Shown one piece after another: positions 63,326-64,000 of a stretch of DNA of 64,000 bases; position 1 is the first letter of the stretch, and each line of letters begins with the position of its first letter. The position numbers were made by a program, and so were the translations under genes. Where the stretch lies: contig JAUFOQ010000002.1 in assembly GCA_040285855.1 (NCBI GenBank), positions 2,046,001 through 2,110,000 of the forward strand, written 5' to 3'. This stretch comes from Eukaryota sp. GEM-RC1. Lineage: Eukaryota. The notes under the pieces were generated by a model. The model ran no database searches. It saw nothing but the letters and a program-made list of their open reading frames with translations, and was not told where the DNA came from.

Positions 63326-64000
63326 GTACTCAATTAGACACTAGGATTAAATACAAGTAATGGAAAGTTTTTGTTTTTTTGTAGCTATGATTAGTTTTTA
63401 CCTGAAGGTATTGCAGTATATTTGATCTGAATTGATAGTCATCAGACAGGGACTGGCAATCTATTGCAATACATGTAGTATTACTATGGAATTTTGAATG
63501 TACATCAATAATTGGTATTGGTCAAATGTATTGCAATAGATTAGACCAATAACATCATCATAACATACATATCATAGTTACATAAGTTGAGATCCAATTT
63601 TACTAAATATTTAACGTTTTTGACCATACCTGGAAAATACAAGAGTTGAACAAAATACAAATACACAAATACAGATACATATTAAAATACAAAATACAAA
63701 AATACAAACGCAATGGTGTTGTATTATCTGTATTTTTAGTAGTGCACATAGACAACAATGATGTTAATTGATGGCCTACATGTACATGTATTTAGAATCG
63801 TTTCTACTAATACTTAAGTTAAACTATAATTCCTTCAGTAAATAGAGACTGATCAATTGTCTCTCACTCCTGGTCAGACTCAAATCTGCTTTTCTTTCTT
63901 GTTGGTCAGGTTTTGGCACGTATTTTGTGTCCTGCTTTTGGAGAGACACATTCAAAGAGCAATTCTTCCTCCAATTATTCCTCGAAATAATCCAGTAGAC

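Overview
AT-rich, intron-poor eukaryotic (protist-type) genomic DNA read with the standard code. The single clear intron (33 nt, GTATGT...TTTAACCCTAG) resembles the compact introns of metamonad-type protists, but that placement is an inference. Host genes: RI-type LRR protein, a pseudokinesin-coiled coil-PH-SWIRM/HTH protein, TRAPPC10, glycyl-tRNA synthetase, a ~5,300-aa multi-domain surface/membrane protein, a GKRP/MurQ-like double-SIS protein, a bromodomain protein, a Dgk1/phytol-kinase-family protein, a degenerate ASTE1/FAM120-like PIN protein, RRP4 and a saposin-like protein. They are interleaved with heavily nested transposable elements (hAT elements and MITEs, MULEs, an 86-bp-LTR gypsy-type retrotransposon, RLE-type non-LTR fragments) and a degraded tandem Ulp1-protease locus. 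Many genes, including essential GlyRS, are broken by single-base indels, mostly in homopolymers; these are most likely long-read assembly errors. The most notable observations are the TbPH1-like pseudokinesin, the GKRP/MurQ intermediate, the LRR array with a hypervariable face, the giant receptor and the TACATGTA excision footprints. All family assignments are from motif recognition by eye; no searches were run.
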